DNA of 64,000 nucleotides from an uncultured Candidatus Saccharibacteria bacterium (GTDB lineage Bacteria; Patescibacteriota; Saccharimonadia; Saccharimonadales; Saccharimonadaceae): the NCBI GenBank assembly GCA_947166405.1, contig CAMVEA010000002.1:164-64163 (forward strand), in the 5' to 3' direction. How positions within the stretch are numbered: position 1 is the stretch's first letter; every line of letters starts with the position of its first letter. The notes under the pieces were generated by a model. The model did no database searches, was not told the DNA's origin, and was given only the letters and a program-made list of their open reading frames with translations. A program made the translations under genes and the position numbers. This document shows positions 18,171 to 28,774 of the stretch, one piece after another.

Positions 18171-19337
18171 TCAAAAATGTATATAATTATAATTCCCCGC
18201 CTCACCCGCCGAAATCTTACGTGCGCCAAAATCACCAACATGATAAGAACCAGTCAGCTGCCCAGTCGACCAATAATTGTTATATTCTGTCACATTAATC
18301 GAGCCGTCAGCTTCTACACTCTCCACCCAGAAGACATGTCCATAAGGACCGTCGTTCATCTGCCCAATCGTACCAGGAGCAGGAATGTTATCAACTCTAT
18401 AGCCAGCCGCCCTCGCACCATCATCCCATGAATAAGCGTTACCCCACGAAGCAATTACACCATACGCCTCATAAGCTTTCCAACCAGCATAGCTCACACA
18501 TTCACACACATATCCACCAATTTTACGCCATCCATTTGCAGTCTCGACATAAGTCAAATAAGCATCTTGCCTATCAGGACAATCTCCTTGCCAAGGATAA
18601 GTATTGGCTCCATTATATACACCACCCTGGTAATATGATTGGTGGGATTCCTGATATTCTCGAATCGCCGCCTGCTGCGCCAACCGTGCCTCCTTCGCCT
18701 CCTCAGCGTACGCTTCTGCATCATTTTCGTATTTAGCGACCAATTCTTCTTGCTCAGCCTTCTTCGCCGTCAAGGCATCCATTGTTACTTGCTGCTGTGA
18801 CAGTAAATCCTCCACAGCCTCTTTATCTGCTTCAAGCTGCGCTTTTGTTTCCTTCACTTTGATTGCAGAAGCACTAATCTGTTCCTTCACAACCTCCTCA
18901 CGCGCAGCCCTTTCAGCCAAATCCGAAATCGAACTCGCTCCTGCAAGCACTCGAATTGGCTCAGCATCCGTCTCAAAGTGCATATTCACCAATAATTCCG
19001 CCAAAGCATCTTTTTCCTGAGCCAGTTTTTTTTCGGCAGCCAATATCTCCGCCTTCAATGCCTTAATCTGAGCTTCAGTATCAGCAATCTCAGCTTCTTT
19101 TCCCGCAATATCAACCTTGAGCTCATTTACTTTATTCTGATATGCATTAGCAGAATGCTCTGCTACTGCCGCATTTTTATTCGCTTCCTCTTCCTTAGCT
19201 ACTGCCTCCATACATTTATCACTCTTCTTGCAAATCTCAGAAATAGCATTCACCTTACTCATAGGCAATAACCCAATTACAATCATAATAGTTAAGACAA
19301 CATTTAATATATTTCTTTTAGTTTTCATTTTATCCAT
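18171..19337 (-). CDS. Coiled-coil + CHAP-domain peptidoglycan hydrolase (PcsB/CwlO-like FtsEX partner)
   Basis: Signal peptide, long coiled coil, ECVSYAGW, WGNAYSW, YGHVFWVE, EYN. Follows ftsX. Confidence 0.9.
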   Translation of the reverse strand: MDKMKTKRNILNVVLTIMIVIGLLPMSKVNAISEICKKSDKCMEAVAKEEEANKNAAVAEHSANAYQNKVNELKVDIAGKEAEIADTEAQIKALKAEILAAEKKLAQEKDALAELLVNMHFETDAEPIRVLAGASSISDLAERAAREEVVKEQISASAIKVKETKAQLEADKEAVEDLLSQQQVTMDALTAKKAEQEELVAKYENDAEAYAEEAKEARLAQQAAIREYQESHQSYYQGGVYNGANTYPWQGDCPDRQDAYLTYVETANGWRKIGGYVCECVSYAGWKAYEAYGVIASWGNAYSWDDGARAAGYRVDNIPAPGTIGQMNDGPYGHVFWVESVEADGSINVTEYNNYWSTGQLTGSYHVGDFGARKISAGEAGNYNYIHF

Positions 19338-19459
19338 AGCCCAATTATACCATAACCGCTAACAATCGCAATACATGCAACGCAATCATTTTATTAAACT
19401 ATCATAGCGACATATAAATACAACAATCAAAAACCCGAAATCAGGCTCCAACTCGCAAA

Positions 19460-20491
19460 CTACGCCTTATTAAGATACTTATGTATCGCAAGCCTCGCCG
19501 ACACACGACCCACAACAACACCAGCCAAAATAAACACCAAAAACACTAGTATTAATTGGTTCGATTCCATCACGCTACTTATCGCATCAACGTTAATCCC
19601 ATAATTAGACAATTTTGGCGCCAAGAAGGTAAACCCGAAATACGAGACAACAGCAGCGATTAGTCCAGCAATCACCCCACATATCTCCGCCTCAATCAGG
19701 AATGGTCCACGAATAAAGCTCTTTTCTGCCCCTACTAGCTTCATCATATAGATTTCCTCTCGACGAGAAAATATCGCCATACGAATAGTAGAAAAAATTA
19801 TCAACACAGAAATAACCAAGAAAACGCTCGCTAGAATAACACCAGCCGTCCTAGCAATTCGAGCCCAAGACGTAATCGTCGATATCTCAGCTCTGTTTAC
19901 ATCGTACGTAGGTGCCTTTTCTTTATCTACATACTCTACAAAAAGTTCATTCTCTTCAACTATTTTTTTAATACTATCCAAATTATCAATATCATTTACC
20001 TTGATTCGCATCGTAGATTGCATTTTCGCAATCATCAAAGACGTCATCTCATCATCCAATATATTCAACACTTCATCACTTCCAGCATTCTCCTTCAGGA
20101 ATTTATCATATTCTTCCTGCGAAGTCGATGTTTCCACAGATCTAATATTACTGTCTTCTGATATTATCGCCTTCAACTCATCAAGCTTCTCAAGTGAGGT
20201 TTCCGGCTTGAAGTACACTGTAATATCAATCTTATCCTTCATCATCTCGGCCGTATTTGTCAAAATCACACTAGCCACCACAGTCACAAATAAAATAATC
20301 AGAGTAATCGACATCACAATGGTAGCCGCAGTTGACAACCATATATTTCGCCCGAAGCTCTTTGTCCCATATTTTACAACTCGAGCCTTCTCACGCACCA
20401 AATGACGATTGCGATTCTTCTGCATCGTACGCAAGCTTTTCTTAGATGCCTTTTTCAGTTTCTTTTCTTTGCCCACCTTTTCTTCAGCCAT
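19460..20491 (-). CDS. ftsX: Cell division permease FtsX
   Basis: RNIWLSTAA TM1, large extracellular loop, RREEIYMMKLVGA..FIRGPFLIE. Confidence 0.93.
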   Translation of the reverse strand: MAEEKVGKEKKLKKASKKSLRTMQKNRNRHLVREKARVVKYGTKSFGRNIWLSTAATIVMSITLIILFVTVVASVILTNTAEMMKDKIDITVYFKPETSLEKLDELKAIISEDSNIRSVETSTSQEEYDKFLKENAGSDEVLNILDDEMTSLMIAKMQSTMRIKVNDIDNLDSIKKIVEENELFVEYVDKEKAPTYDVNRAEISTITSWARIARTAGVILASVFLVISVLIIFSTIRMAIFSRREEIYMMKLVGAEKSFIRGPFLIEAEICGVIAGLIAAVVSYFGFTFLAPKLSNYGINVDAISSVMESNQLILVFLVFILAGVVVGRVSARLAIHKYLNKA

Positions 20492-21558
20492 TATATTACT
20501 CTCCTTTTAGTTGCTGCCATTTTGACTGGAGTTTTTTTAGCTACACGAATTGATTTTACTTCCATTTTGCGCATCGATGACTGCTTGGTAGCACGAGGTA
20601 CAGCAACCGATACGCTTTCAATGCTATTCTGAGTAGATTTCGATCTAAGACCAGGAGCACTGGTTCTCGCCTTAGCAGACGTTTTCGCATTCTCCTTCGA
20701 AGACTCAGTATTATTTACTTGCGACACCGAAAGCACTGATAGCTGCTGACTAGGCTGTGCTGAAGTCTGCGCTACGGGTCGCGCCACAGCCTGCGATGCA
20801 GCCTGTGGTCGCCTCAATGCATGCCCAGGCACCTGCATTACTCTAACCGGCTGCTTCGGAATAACACGTGCGCTAAGCTCGTATATTCCATTAACTTTCT
20901 GATCGTTAACGATTTTGCCATCTTTTAGTGTTATTACCCTTTTCTGCAATGTATTCACCACGCTTTCATCGTGCGTCGACACTAATACAGTCGTCCCAAA
21001 ATCATTAATCTTCTTCAAAAGCTCAATTATTTCGGCAGTAGTAAGCTTATCAAGATTCGCCGTCGGCTCATCTGCAATCAAAATCTTCGGCTGTCGTGCC
21101 ACCGAACGTGCAATCGACACTCTCTGTTGCTGCCCACCAGATAATTGGTTCGGAAACTTCTTAGCCTGATCAAGCAAATCTACCAATTCTAGTACCTTCG
21201 GCACAGTTTTGCGAATCTCTCTACCACTCATCCCTGCAATCTCAAGCGCAAATGCAACATTTTCATAAACAGTCCTTCTAGGCAACAATTTAAAATCCTG
21301 AAACACTACGCCGAGTCTCCTACGATATCCTGGAATGTGTCGTTTTTTTACATAATCCAAATCAATCCCACCCACAATAATCTTTCCAGAATCAGGAATT
21401 TCTTCTTTAGTAATCATTTTGATAAGCGAAGACTTACCCGCACCAGACTTTCCTACCAAAAAAACAAACTCATTCGGCTCAATATGAAGAGAAACCGAAT
21501 CTAGCGCTGGATGTGCATCTCCAGCATACTGTTTTGATACCGAATCTAGCAATATCAT
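20491..21558 (-). CDS. ftsE: Cell division ATP-binding protein FtsE with ~130-aa low-complexity C-terminal tail
   Basis: GKSGAGKS, VVFQDFKLL, LSGGQQQRV, ADEPT; adjacent to ftsX. Confidence 0.93.
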   Translation of the reverse strand: MILLDSVSKQYAGDAHPALDSVSLHIEPNEFVFLVGKSGAGKSSLIKMITKEEIPDSGKIIVGGIDLDYVKKRHIPGYRRRLGVVFQDFKLLPRRTVYENVAFALEIAGMSGREIRKTVPKVLELVDLLDQAKKFPNQLSGGQQQRVSIARSVARQPKILIADEPTANLDKLTTAEIIELLKKINDFGTTVLVSTHDESVVNTLQKRVITLKDGKIVNDQKVNGIYELSARVIPKQPVRVMQVPGHALRRPQAASQAVARPVAQTSAQPSQQLSVLSVSQVNNTESSKENAKTSAKARTSAPGLRSKSTQNSIESVSVAVPRATKQSSMRKMEVKSIRVAKKTPVKMAATKRRVI

Positions 21559-21587
21559 GATTCGATTTTAGCATAATCTTTTAGTTT

Positions 21588-24059
21588 TTACAACTTTTCC
21601 AATATCTGCATTATCCCCTCATTATATTTAGTGAACTCTAAATGCACCGAAATATTCTTCTTGTCCGCTTCTTTTGGCTGGTATATCCCAATGGGCTTAA
21701 TTTCTGCTTCAGCATTGTTCTGTTCCAAAGCCTCATTAATCTTCTTCACAAGTTTACCATAAGTATCACTCGTCGCAATTGTCAAATCACGCTTCTCCCT
21801 TTCACTCAAATCTACACTCATTTTTCCTGACATATATTTCATCAGCTTATCCAAGTCAATCTCAAATCCCGCCAAATACTGTGAAAGCTTAAACTCATTC
21901 CTCACCGAATTCTTAAACTCCCCCACTACGCCCACATATTCACCCTTTACCCAAATCTCAGCCGCTCGATTCTTATCATACGACCTTGCCTCGGTATAAT
22001 TGTTACTAATCGGCATAAAATCTGGCACAATACCAAACTCACTAAAAACCCTTTCTACGTATTTCTTCGCTTTATAATATGCGGTATCCTTATTCTTACG
22101 CTCCGCCAGCACAAACCCCATCGACACTCTTTCTACCGGCACCTGCTCACTACCTAACCCATCTTCTTTCCTGTAAACTTTATTCATTTCATAAATCGCA
22201 AACCTATCAACTGGTAGTTTCTGATTCATATATGCTTTCTCGAGCAAGCAAGGTACAATTGATTGTCTCACATATTGCAATTCAGGCGAAATAGAATTCA
22301 CAATTTTATACGAATTAGCGGTATCCAGCCCTGCCCTCTCAAGCAACCTTCCACTCACAAAGCTATAGGTTAGCACCTCATTGGCTCCAAGTTTCGCCAT
22401 TAAAGCGCGCAAAGTCTTCTTCAATACCCACATCGAATTCTTCTCTGCGGTACCATGAAGCGGAAGCGTAGGTTCAATAATGTCGTATCCAAGTAGCCTA
22501 CCTACCTCCTCAATAATATCCTCCTTGATATGAATATCAGTTCGCCACTCAGGAACAGTTATTTTTAGACCACTCTTCAATCTTACCACCTCAAACCCCA
22601 CATTCAATAAAGTCCTAGCAATCAATTCAGAATCATATTTTGTACCAAGTAACCCATTTATCTCTTCTGCTGTAATTTTTACAACAACACGCTGATTCAA
22701 CTCCGCATAATTATCTTCCACAGATACAACCCGATAACCACTCGCAAGCAAATCCACACACTCTCCCGCTACGGCTAAAGTTTGATATGGCGACTGCCCC
22801 TTAGTGAACCTTGTAATCGCTTCGGTAAAGATTCCATGCGCCATCTGAGTCTTACGTAAATTATACAGACTAAAAGTCGCAGATTCTATAATAATATTAC
22901 CAGTATCTTCTGCAATTGCAGTCGACTTACCGCCCATTGCACCAGCAAGCGCCACTGGTACATCATTACTACATATCACTATATCATTCTCATTAAGCTC
23001 AATCTCTTTGTCGTCAAGTAATACTAATTTCTCACCATTCCTTGCCAATCGAACATTGATAGTAGCCTGCTTACCTCCCCCCACCGCCACAAACTTATCG
23101 TAATCAAAAGCATGCAATGGCTGTCCAGTAAGCAACATAAGATAATTCGTCACGTCCACAATCGGGCTAATAGGCTTCATACCTGACTTCGACAGAACAG
23201 TATCTGTCCAAGTCAAATATTTTTTACGTATTTCGCCATGCTTTTCGAGCACCACAGCAGTATATCTTTGGCAAATATTAGAATTAGATATATTGATAGA
23301 TAATACATCAGAACGTTGCTCTTTCTGAAGCATCATGTTTTGACTTGAGTTCTTAACGCGAATATTCCTCACAGCATCAAGAAGATTTCCTGCTAATACC
23401 TTCTTACCAGAACGACCAGTATGCGATAATTTCAAATAATCATCACCCACCATAGACGAGGTAGTATCAAATGGCAGCCCCAATATTCCAGCCACTTCCC
23501 GAGCAAACCCAATCATCCCAAAACAGTCTGGCCGATGCGTGAGTGACTTGTTTTCAATTTCAAATACCAAGTCATTTAACTCTAACACATCAGCCAGCAA
23601 ATCTCCAGGTTGCGCCTCGTTCGGGTCAATTTCTACAATACCACTATGATCATCACCAAAATCCAGTTCATCTGCTCCAGCGAGCATCCCATTAGAATCA
23701 AACCCCCGCATCTTACGCCTCCCGATTACAAAAGGCGCGTCTTCATGTACACTCGCCGGCACAGTCGCCCCAGGCGCAATCCATACTGCCAGCATCCCCT
23801 CACGCACATTTGGAGCGCCACATACAACTTGCACCAATTCGGTTTTTCCTGTATTAATTTGACAAAGCGTGAGATGCGTATCAGGAATATGTTCAGCATG
23901 TTCTACTTTGACCACATAAATATTATCATACTTATGCGTCTCATCAATCACCCCTTCTACTTCCACCAACCTCGCACCAATTAATCGTATTAATTCAGAA
24001 TCTGAGACTTCGTCTGGTATTTTCACAATTCTCTTCAGCCAATTCAAACTAATCTTCAT
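21588..24059 (-). CDS. pheT: Phenylalanine--tRNA ligase beta subunit
   Basis: MKISLNWLK, VVCGAPNV, SLTHRPDC, GQPLHAFD, WRTDI..KEDIIEEVGRLLGY. Confidence 0.97.
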   Translation of the reverse strand: MKISLNWLKRIVKIPDEVSDSELIRLIGARLVEVEGVIDETHKYDNIYVVKVEHAEHIPDTHLTLCQINTGKTELVQVVCGAPNVREGMLAVWIAPGATVPASVHEDAPFVIGRRKMRGFDSNGMLAGADELDFGDDHSGIVEIDPNEAQPGDLLADVLELNDLVFEIENKSLTHRPDCFGMIGFAREVAGILGLPFDTTSSMVGDDYLKLSHTGRSGKKVLAGNLLDAVRNIRVKNSSQNMMLQKEQRSDVLSINISNSNICQRYTAVVLEKHGEIRKKYLTWTDTVLSKSGMKPISPIVDVTNYLMLLTGQPLHAFDYDKFVAVGGGKQATINVRLARNGEKLVLLDDKEIELNENDIVICSNDVPVALAGAMGGKSTAIAEDTGNIIIESATFSLYNLRKTQMAHGIFTEAITRFTKGQSPYQTLAVAGECVDLLASGYRVVSVEDNYAELNQRVVVKITAEEINGLLGTKYDSELIARTLLNVGFEVVRLKSGLKITVPEWRTDIHIKEDIIEEVGRLLGYDIIEPTLPLHGTAEKNSMWVLKKTLRALMAKLGANEVLTYSFVSGRLLERAGLDTANSYKIVNSISPELQYVRQSIVPCLLEKAYMNQKLPVDRFAIYEMNKVYRKEDGLGSEQVPVERVSMGFVLAERKNKDTAYYKAKKYVERVFSEFGIVPDFMPISNNYTEARSYDKNRAAEIWVKGEYVGVVGEFKNSVRNEFKLSQYLAGFEIDLDKLMKYMSGKMSVDLSEREKRDLTIATSDTYGKLVKKINEALEQNNAEAEIKPIGIYQPKEADKKNISVHLEFTKYNEGIMQILEKL

Positions 24060-24071
24060 AGAAACTCCTTC

Positions 24072-25031
24072 CTAGTTAAATTTCCTTAAGAAATTCAGGT
24101 TACCACTTTCAAAATATCTCACATCCGGCAGTCCATATTTCAACATCACCAACCTATCAATTCCACCACCCCAAGCAAAGCCATGATATTTCCGAGCATC
24201 AATACCAACTGCCTCGAGCACATTAGGATGAATCATCCCACAACCAAGCATTTCCAAATAATCTCCCTTCTTGCCCCCAAGCGACTTAGGCTTTTCAATC
24301 ATGAACTCCAAGCTCGGCTCCGTAAACGGAAAATACCCTGGCTGAGTTCGAATATTAAGCTTTTGCTCATAGTAATTCTCAAAAAACTCTCTAAGAATCC
24401 CCAACATTTGCCCCATAGTGCAATCTTCTGATACATATACGCCCTCGCATTGGTAAAAAGTATGTTCATGTGTAGCATCGACATCTTCATTGCGAAACAC
24501 TCTCCCAGGCACCACCACTGCAATCGACTTTCCATCACCCAAACGATTCTTGTATTTCTTCAATACTCTGTGCTGCATCGTTGAAGTATGCGCTGGTGGA
24601 ATAAAGCCTTCTTCAGTTCGAAATGTATCATAACCGTCTCTCGCAGGATGTTCCTTTGGAAAATTCAATGTATCAAACATATGATACTCGTCATCTAACT
24701 GTCGAGATTCTTCTATATCAAATCCCATCAATTGATATATATCACATACCCTATCTAGTTCTGTCATCAATGGATGCATCGAGCCCATCTCAACTGGATA
24801 AAATTCTGGCATTGGCTCATTCACGCCAGACCATGCCGTTACATCAATAGGTTCTATCTCGGCATCAAGCAACGCTTTTTCTACCTCTTCCATCTTTGCC
24901 ATTATTTCACGGCGTTTTTCGTTAACCTTTCGCCCAAACTCAGCTCGCTCCTCCACAGGAAGCTCACGAATTTTCCCAGCCTCTGCATTGATTTTCTTTA
25001 ATTCTTGTTTTAATCTCTCAAACTCTACCAT
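24072..25031 (-). CDS. pheS: Phenylalanine--tRNA ligase alpha subunit (short N-terminus)
   Basis: HPARDGYDTF, AHTSTMQ, PGRVFRNE, QPGYFPFTEPS, GFAWGGGIDRL. Start set at MVEFE (25031). Confidence 0.96.
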   Translation of the reverse strand: MVEFERLKQELKKINAEAGKIRELPVEERAEFGRKVNEKRREIMAKMEEVEKALLDAEIEPIDVTAWSGVNEPMPEFYPVEMGSMHPLMTELDRVCDIYQLMGFDIEESRQLDDEYHMFDTLNFPKEHPARDGYDTFRTEEGFIPPAHTSTMQHRVLKKYKNRLGDGKSIAVVVPGRVFRNEDVDATHEHTFYQCEGVYVSEDCTMGQMLGILREFFENYYEQKLNIRTQPGYFPFTEPSLEFMIEKPKSLGGKKGDYLEMLGCGMIHPNVLEAVGIDARKYHGFAWGGGIDRLVMLKYGLPDVRYFESGNLNFLRKFN

Positions 25032-25088
25032 ATATAATATATTATACTCCAAATCATCAAATTTCGCTACATAAGCGACCATATTATA

Positions 25089-28000
25089 TCAAGCCGCATA
25101 ACTACGATTCCTAACATCCGCATACACAATCCTGCCAATTAACACAACCTCACCATCAAGCACATATTCATGCTCGAACATCATGTCCTTACTATCCGCT
25201 ATTTTAATCTTAGAATCATTAAACGCATACCTAGTCGAAGGATCATATTTTGCAATATAATCATAGTATTCAATAGCATCCAGCAACGCTATCACATCTT
25301 CCTTTTCTAGCCCAGAATATCGCGCAAGCATACCTTCATAAGAATCGTCTAGCGGATTATCTTTATAATATTCTTCAAGTGCCACTGTGACGGCAGATTT
25401 TTCAATTACACCCATCGACTCAGCCAAAGATTGATCTTCAATGAATCTCTGATAGTATTTTGCCTCCTCCCAATCAGGCGCCTCATTGTTATTTACTTTA
25501 TTACCCGCTACGCATGATTCCCCGCTAATGTAACCAAGATTATCGATTTGTTTCGCATTGTCAAATATATCCACAACCTCCCCAATAACTGGCATACTAC
25601 CGATAATCGAATTCTCCATGGCATTAAGAGAAGCGGTGCCAGTTACAGCATTTGCGATATTCTGATCAGCAATTCCAAATCCAGATTCACGATTATCACA
25701 ATATATAATATAATTATACAGCTTCGAGCCCTTCTTTATCTCTACATTCTTTAAATCTTTCTCCTCATCTTCCTCATTTTCTTCCTCACTATTTTCTTCT
25801 CCGTCTTCTTCCTCCTCTCCTTCATTTTTACCCTCAAAATTACTATCATTAGACATTTTGTCCCCATCAGGATCAGCTAAATGATCAATTATGTCTTGAG
25901 GATCAATTTCAATCGTCTCTACATCTGTAGCAGCATAAGGATTACAAAAAGCATCGCCAACCGCACCAATCGAAGCAAGGTAAGGGCAAGTATCCTCCCA
26001 CTCCGATTCGTCAGGTAAGAAACTAACTACATCATAAGCAGAAGCTGTCGGGGTTAAGCCTACCAATGAAGACGAAACCACCGACCCCCCAGCCCTTAGC
26101 AATCCCATCAGAGTATCACTCTGCCCAAAACTCATCATATGCGTCATTAATGAACCCATAAATGTATACTTCGAAGTAAGGTCAAACGGACTCAGGCTTT
26201 CCCATTCAAGTTTAGCTTTTTCAGCTATCACTTGATTTTGCAAAACAGCGAATTTCTCATACTTTTCCCTAGTTGCAAGAGAACCACCATTTGATCTATG
26301 AGTATTACCAAGATAGATATTAGCCCCAGAAGCAAGCGCATTCCCTAAATCTTCCCCACCAATATCAGCTATCAAATTGCGTGTCAGCAACCTTGCCACA
26401 ACAGGAGCCACAGAAGCCACAATACCAGACACCAATAGTCCCGCAGCAATAGAAAACCCAATCTTAGCAATTGCCATTTTGCCAATAATAGGGGCACAAG
26501 TGACCGCTGAAGTACCCAAAGTAAAAGCAGCGCCCACAAGCCCAGCCAAACATCCAGCAACTTCCAGCCCTCCAGTTGCTAAATCAACAGCAGCAGCAGA
26601 AATACGGGCAATCGAACACGCCTTAAACATGTCCATATTAGCCCCAATCCCTCCCATTATTCTTTTAACATTGCCACTAAAGTTAAAACTCTGCACACTG
26701 GGGTCACTCGTATCTATCTTTCTAGGACTATACAAAGCACCAACCCCCTGCGAATTCATTGCCGTCTTTTCTGAAGATGCACGTACCGTCGTAAGCGATG
26801 CTATACCATCCTCAGTCACATTACCAACACCAGTACCGGTACTAGTCAATACATCATACTCATTCTTCTTCTTTTCATTAAGCGTAGTCATAAGTTCATT
26901 AATTGGTGATTCTGCACCATATCCAGCCTTAGCCTTATCAAACGCCTCAAAATAACCAGTTGCAAGCTTAATAGTTTGCATCGCTTCACTCGCCTGGACA
27001 AGCAAAGTAATCGCACCAAGCACATTTACACCTAAGCAAGAATAGTTGGCCACAGTACTAGCCGTACCAGCACTACCATTCGTGAATTTATTTGCAATCC
27101 CTTTTAATTTACTTTTTACTTTCTCGATATTATCTTCACTACCTACCTCACCTAAATCCGAACGATTGAATTTGTCGAAGCTCTCATCTTTCTCCGAATG
27201 ATCAAAATCAGCCTCAGGCTCGCTATCTCCCCCAGTAAATATACCAACGATAAAGTTTTTTAGTTTACTAAACCACGAAAGACTACCAGAGTACTCCTTC
27301 ACGACTGTCTCGTCAACAAGCTTCTCGTACTGTCTCTGTTCCCCATCTGCGCCCCCAACACGTTCCGTCTCACTCCATTCACTTACGACATCACTTCTCC
27401 TCACCCCACCTCCACCAATTTCATCTGTTCCCTTATCCATCATTTCAGTCGCCACTTTAGTACGCGCTTCGACATCCGTAGCGTCTGAAGCTTTATTCTT
27501 GTAATCAGCGAATAGATTACGCGTGAGTTTATTCCGTCTCAAAAATTCGACCGTATTCGTACCGAACCAATTCGCTATAGCACCACGCCACGTCATCGAT
27601 CCCTTATTGTATGAAGTAAAAAACTTAGGATTATCAGCATAAAACTTCTTAAACTCTACAGCATCAGCCCCACCATTTCGCAAACTTGCAGCATCACCTT
27701 CGCTTGCTGTTATTATCTTCATATTGCCATCTTCCCCTTCAAATTTAAGAACTTTTACACCATTAAAGTCCTCATCAAATTCAATACCCTGCTTCTTAAG
27801 CTCAGCAGCCTGTTTCTCTGAAATTGAAAACTTTTTCCCGAAGATTGACCGTTTAATTGGGTTTTTTGTCTGCCTATTCGCCATTTGATATCTGAAAAAA
27901 GCTTCCGACCGCACATTTGCCGACTTCTCCATCGAGCCAAAAGTCTCTTGAAACTGCGCCACAAGACTAAATGGTTGAAAAAACTGCGCGCCCATCATCA

Positions 28001-28397
28001 TCCCACCTACAATAAAGACAGAGGACAAAATAGCAAATATTGGACCTCCTTTTTTTGCGGCACCACGAAACCGCGATGCACGAGTTTTTGGCATAACCTT
28101 CTTGCCCGAACCCTTATACAGCCCCCCCGCTTCTTCCTCATTCTGCCTCGCACCAGTTACGCTGTTTTTTATACCACCATCTGTCTTTTCTTCCTTGTTG
28201 GCACCAGTTTCCTCTGCAGCTTTTTCCGCACTGGCTAATTCATTTCTCGCCTTGCCACCATCCTTGCCAGCACCAGGGTTTTCCTTATTCAGCCCATACT
28301 GCATCTCACCACCACCAGCACCACCTAGAAAACCAGGCCTCATATCATCGTAGGCATAATTCTTCTCTTCTCCATTATTACCGATATCTTTATCCAT
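25089..28397 (-). CDS. Large (1102 aa) uncharacterised membrane-anchored/exported protein
   Basis: Long open frame: charged N-terminus, TM near aa 120-140, Gly/Ala-rich hydrophobic helices around aa 600-670, several Cys, acidic linker. No family recognised. Confidence 0.8.
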   Translation of the reverse strand: MDKDIGNNGEEKNYAYDDMRPGFLGGAGGGEMQYGLNKENPGAGKDGGKARNELASAEKAAEETGANKEEKTDGGIKNSVTGARQNEEEAGGLYKGSGKKVMPKTRASRFRGAAKKGGPIFAILSSVFIVGGMMMGAQFFQPFSLVAQFQETFGSMEKSANVRSEAFFRYQMANRQTKNPIKRSIFGKKFSISEKQAAELKKQGIEFDEDFNGVKVLKFEGEDGNMKIITASEGDAASLRNGGADAVEFKKFYADNPKFFTSYNKGSMTWRGAIANWFGTNTVEFLRRNKLTRNLFADYKNKASDATDVEARTKVATEMMDKGTDEIGGGGVRRSDVVSEWSETERVGGADGEQRQYEKLVDETVVKEYSGSLSWFSKLKNFIVGIFTGGDSEPEADFDHSEKDESFDKFNRSDLGEVGSEDNIEKVKSKLKGIANKFTNGSAGTASTVANYSCLGVNVLGAITLLVQASEAMQTIKLATGYFEAFDKAKAGYGAESPINELMTTLNEKKKNEYDVLTSTGTGVGNVTEDGIASLTTVRASSEKTAMNSQGVGALYSPRKIDTSDPSVQSFNFSGNVKRIMGGIGANMDMFKACSIARISAAAVDLATGGLEVAGCLAGLVGAAFTLGTSAVTCAPIIGKMAIAKIGFSIAAGLLVSGIVASVAPVVARLLTRNLIADIGGEDLGNALASGANIYLGNTHRSNGGSLATREKYEKFAVLQNQVIAEKAKLEWESLSPFDLTSKYTFMGSLMTHMMSFGQSDTLMGLLRAGGSVVSSSLVGLTPTASAYDVVSFLPDESEWEDTCPYLASIGAVGDAFCNPYAATDVETIEIDPQDIIDHLADPDGDKMSNDSNFEGKNEGEEEEDGEENSEEENEEDEEKDLKNVEIKKGSKLYNYIIYCDNRESGFGIADQNIANAVTGTASLNAMENSIIGSMPVIGEVVDIFDNAKQIDNLGYISGESCVAGNKVNNNEAPDWEEAKYYQRFIEDQSLAESMGVIEKSAVTVALEEYYKDNPLDDSYEGMLARYSGLEKEDVIALLDAIEYYDYIAKYDPSTRYAFNDSKIKIADSKDMMFEHEYVLDGEVVLIGRIVYADVRNRSYAA

Positions 28398-28444
28398 ACT
28401 GTATACTATATATTATATAACGTCTTATGCTTTTATAATATAGA

Positions 28445-28681
28445 TTACATAAACACAATCGCAAAAACAGCCGCTACAGCAAGCAATATCAGCACAATCC
28501 ACACCCAACCAAATCTACTGGTCTTTTCAAAGTTTTCTACATATTCGGAGCCCTCTGCGAAATCAGGATCAGAAACATCATCATTAATATCTACTGTTTC
28601 CATCGCTCTTGCCCGAAGGTCAGCATTAATCCTTCGCGAAAGCTCATCGTTATTATTTTCTTTGTTTACAATTATACCCAT
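28445..28681 (-). CDS. Small single-pass membrane protein
   Basis: 78 aa, acidic cytoplasmic part plus C-terminal TM (FGWVWIVLILLAVAAVFAIVFM); SD GGAAA/AGAGA. Confidence 0.7.
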   Translation of the reverse strand: MGIIVNKENNNDELSRRINADLRARAMETVDINDDVSDPDFAEGSEYVENFEKTSRFGWVWIVLILLAVAAVFAIVFM

Positions 28682-28774
28682 CTCTTTTTCCCTAAATAAA
28701 TTATTAACTTTTTTTTATTATATCACAAAAAATGTGCTATAATCAAAATAATATTAAAAAATATGGAGGATAAA

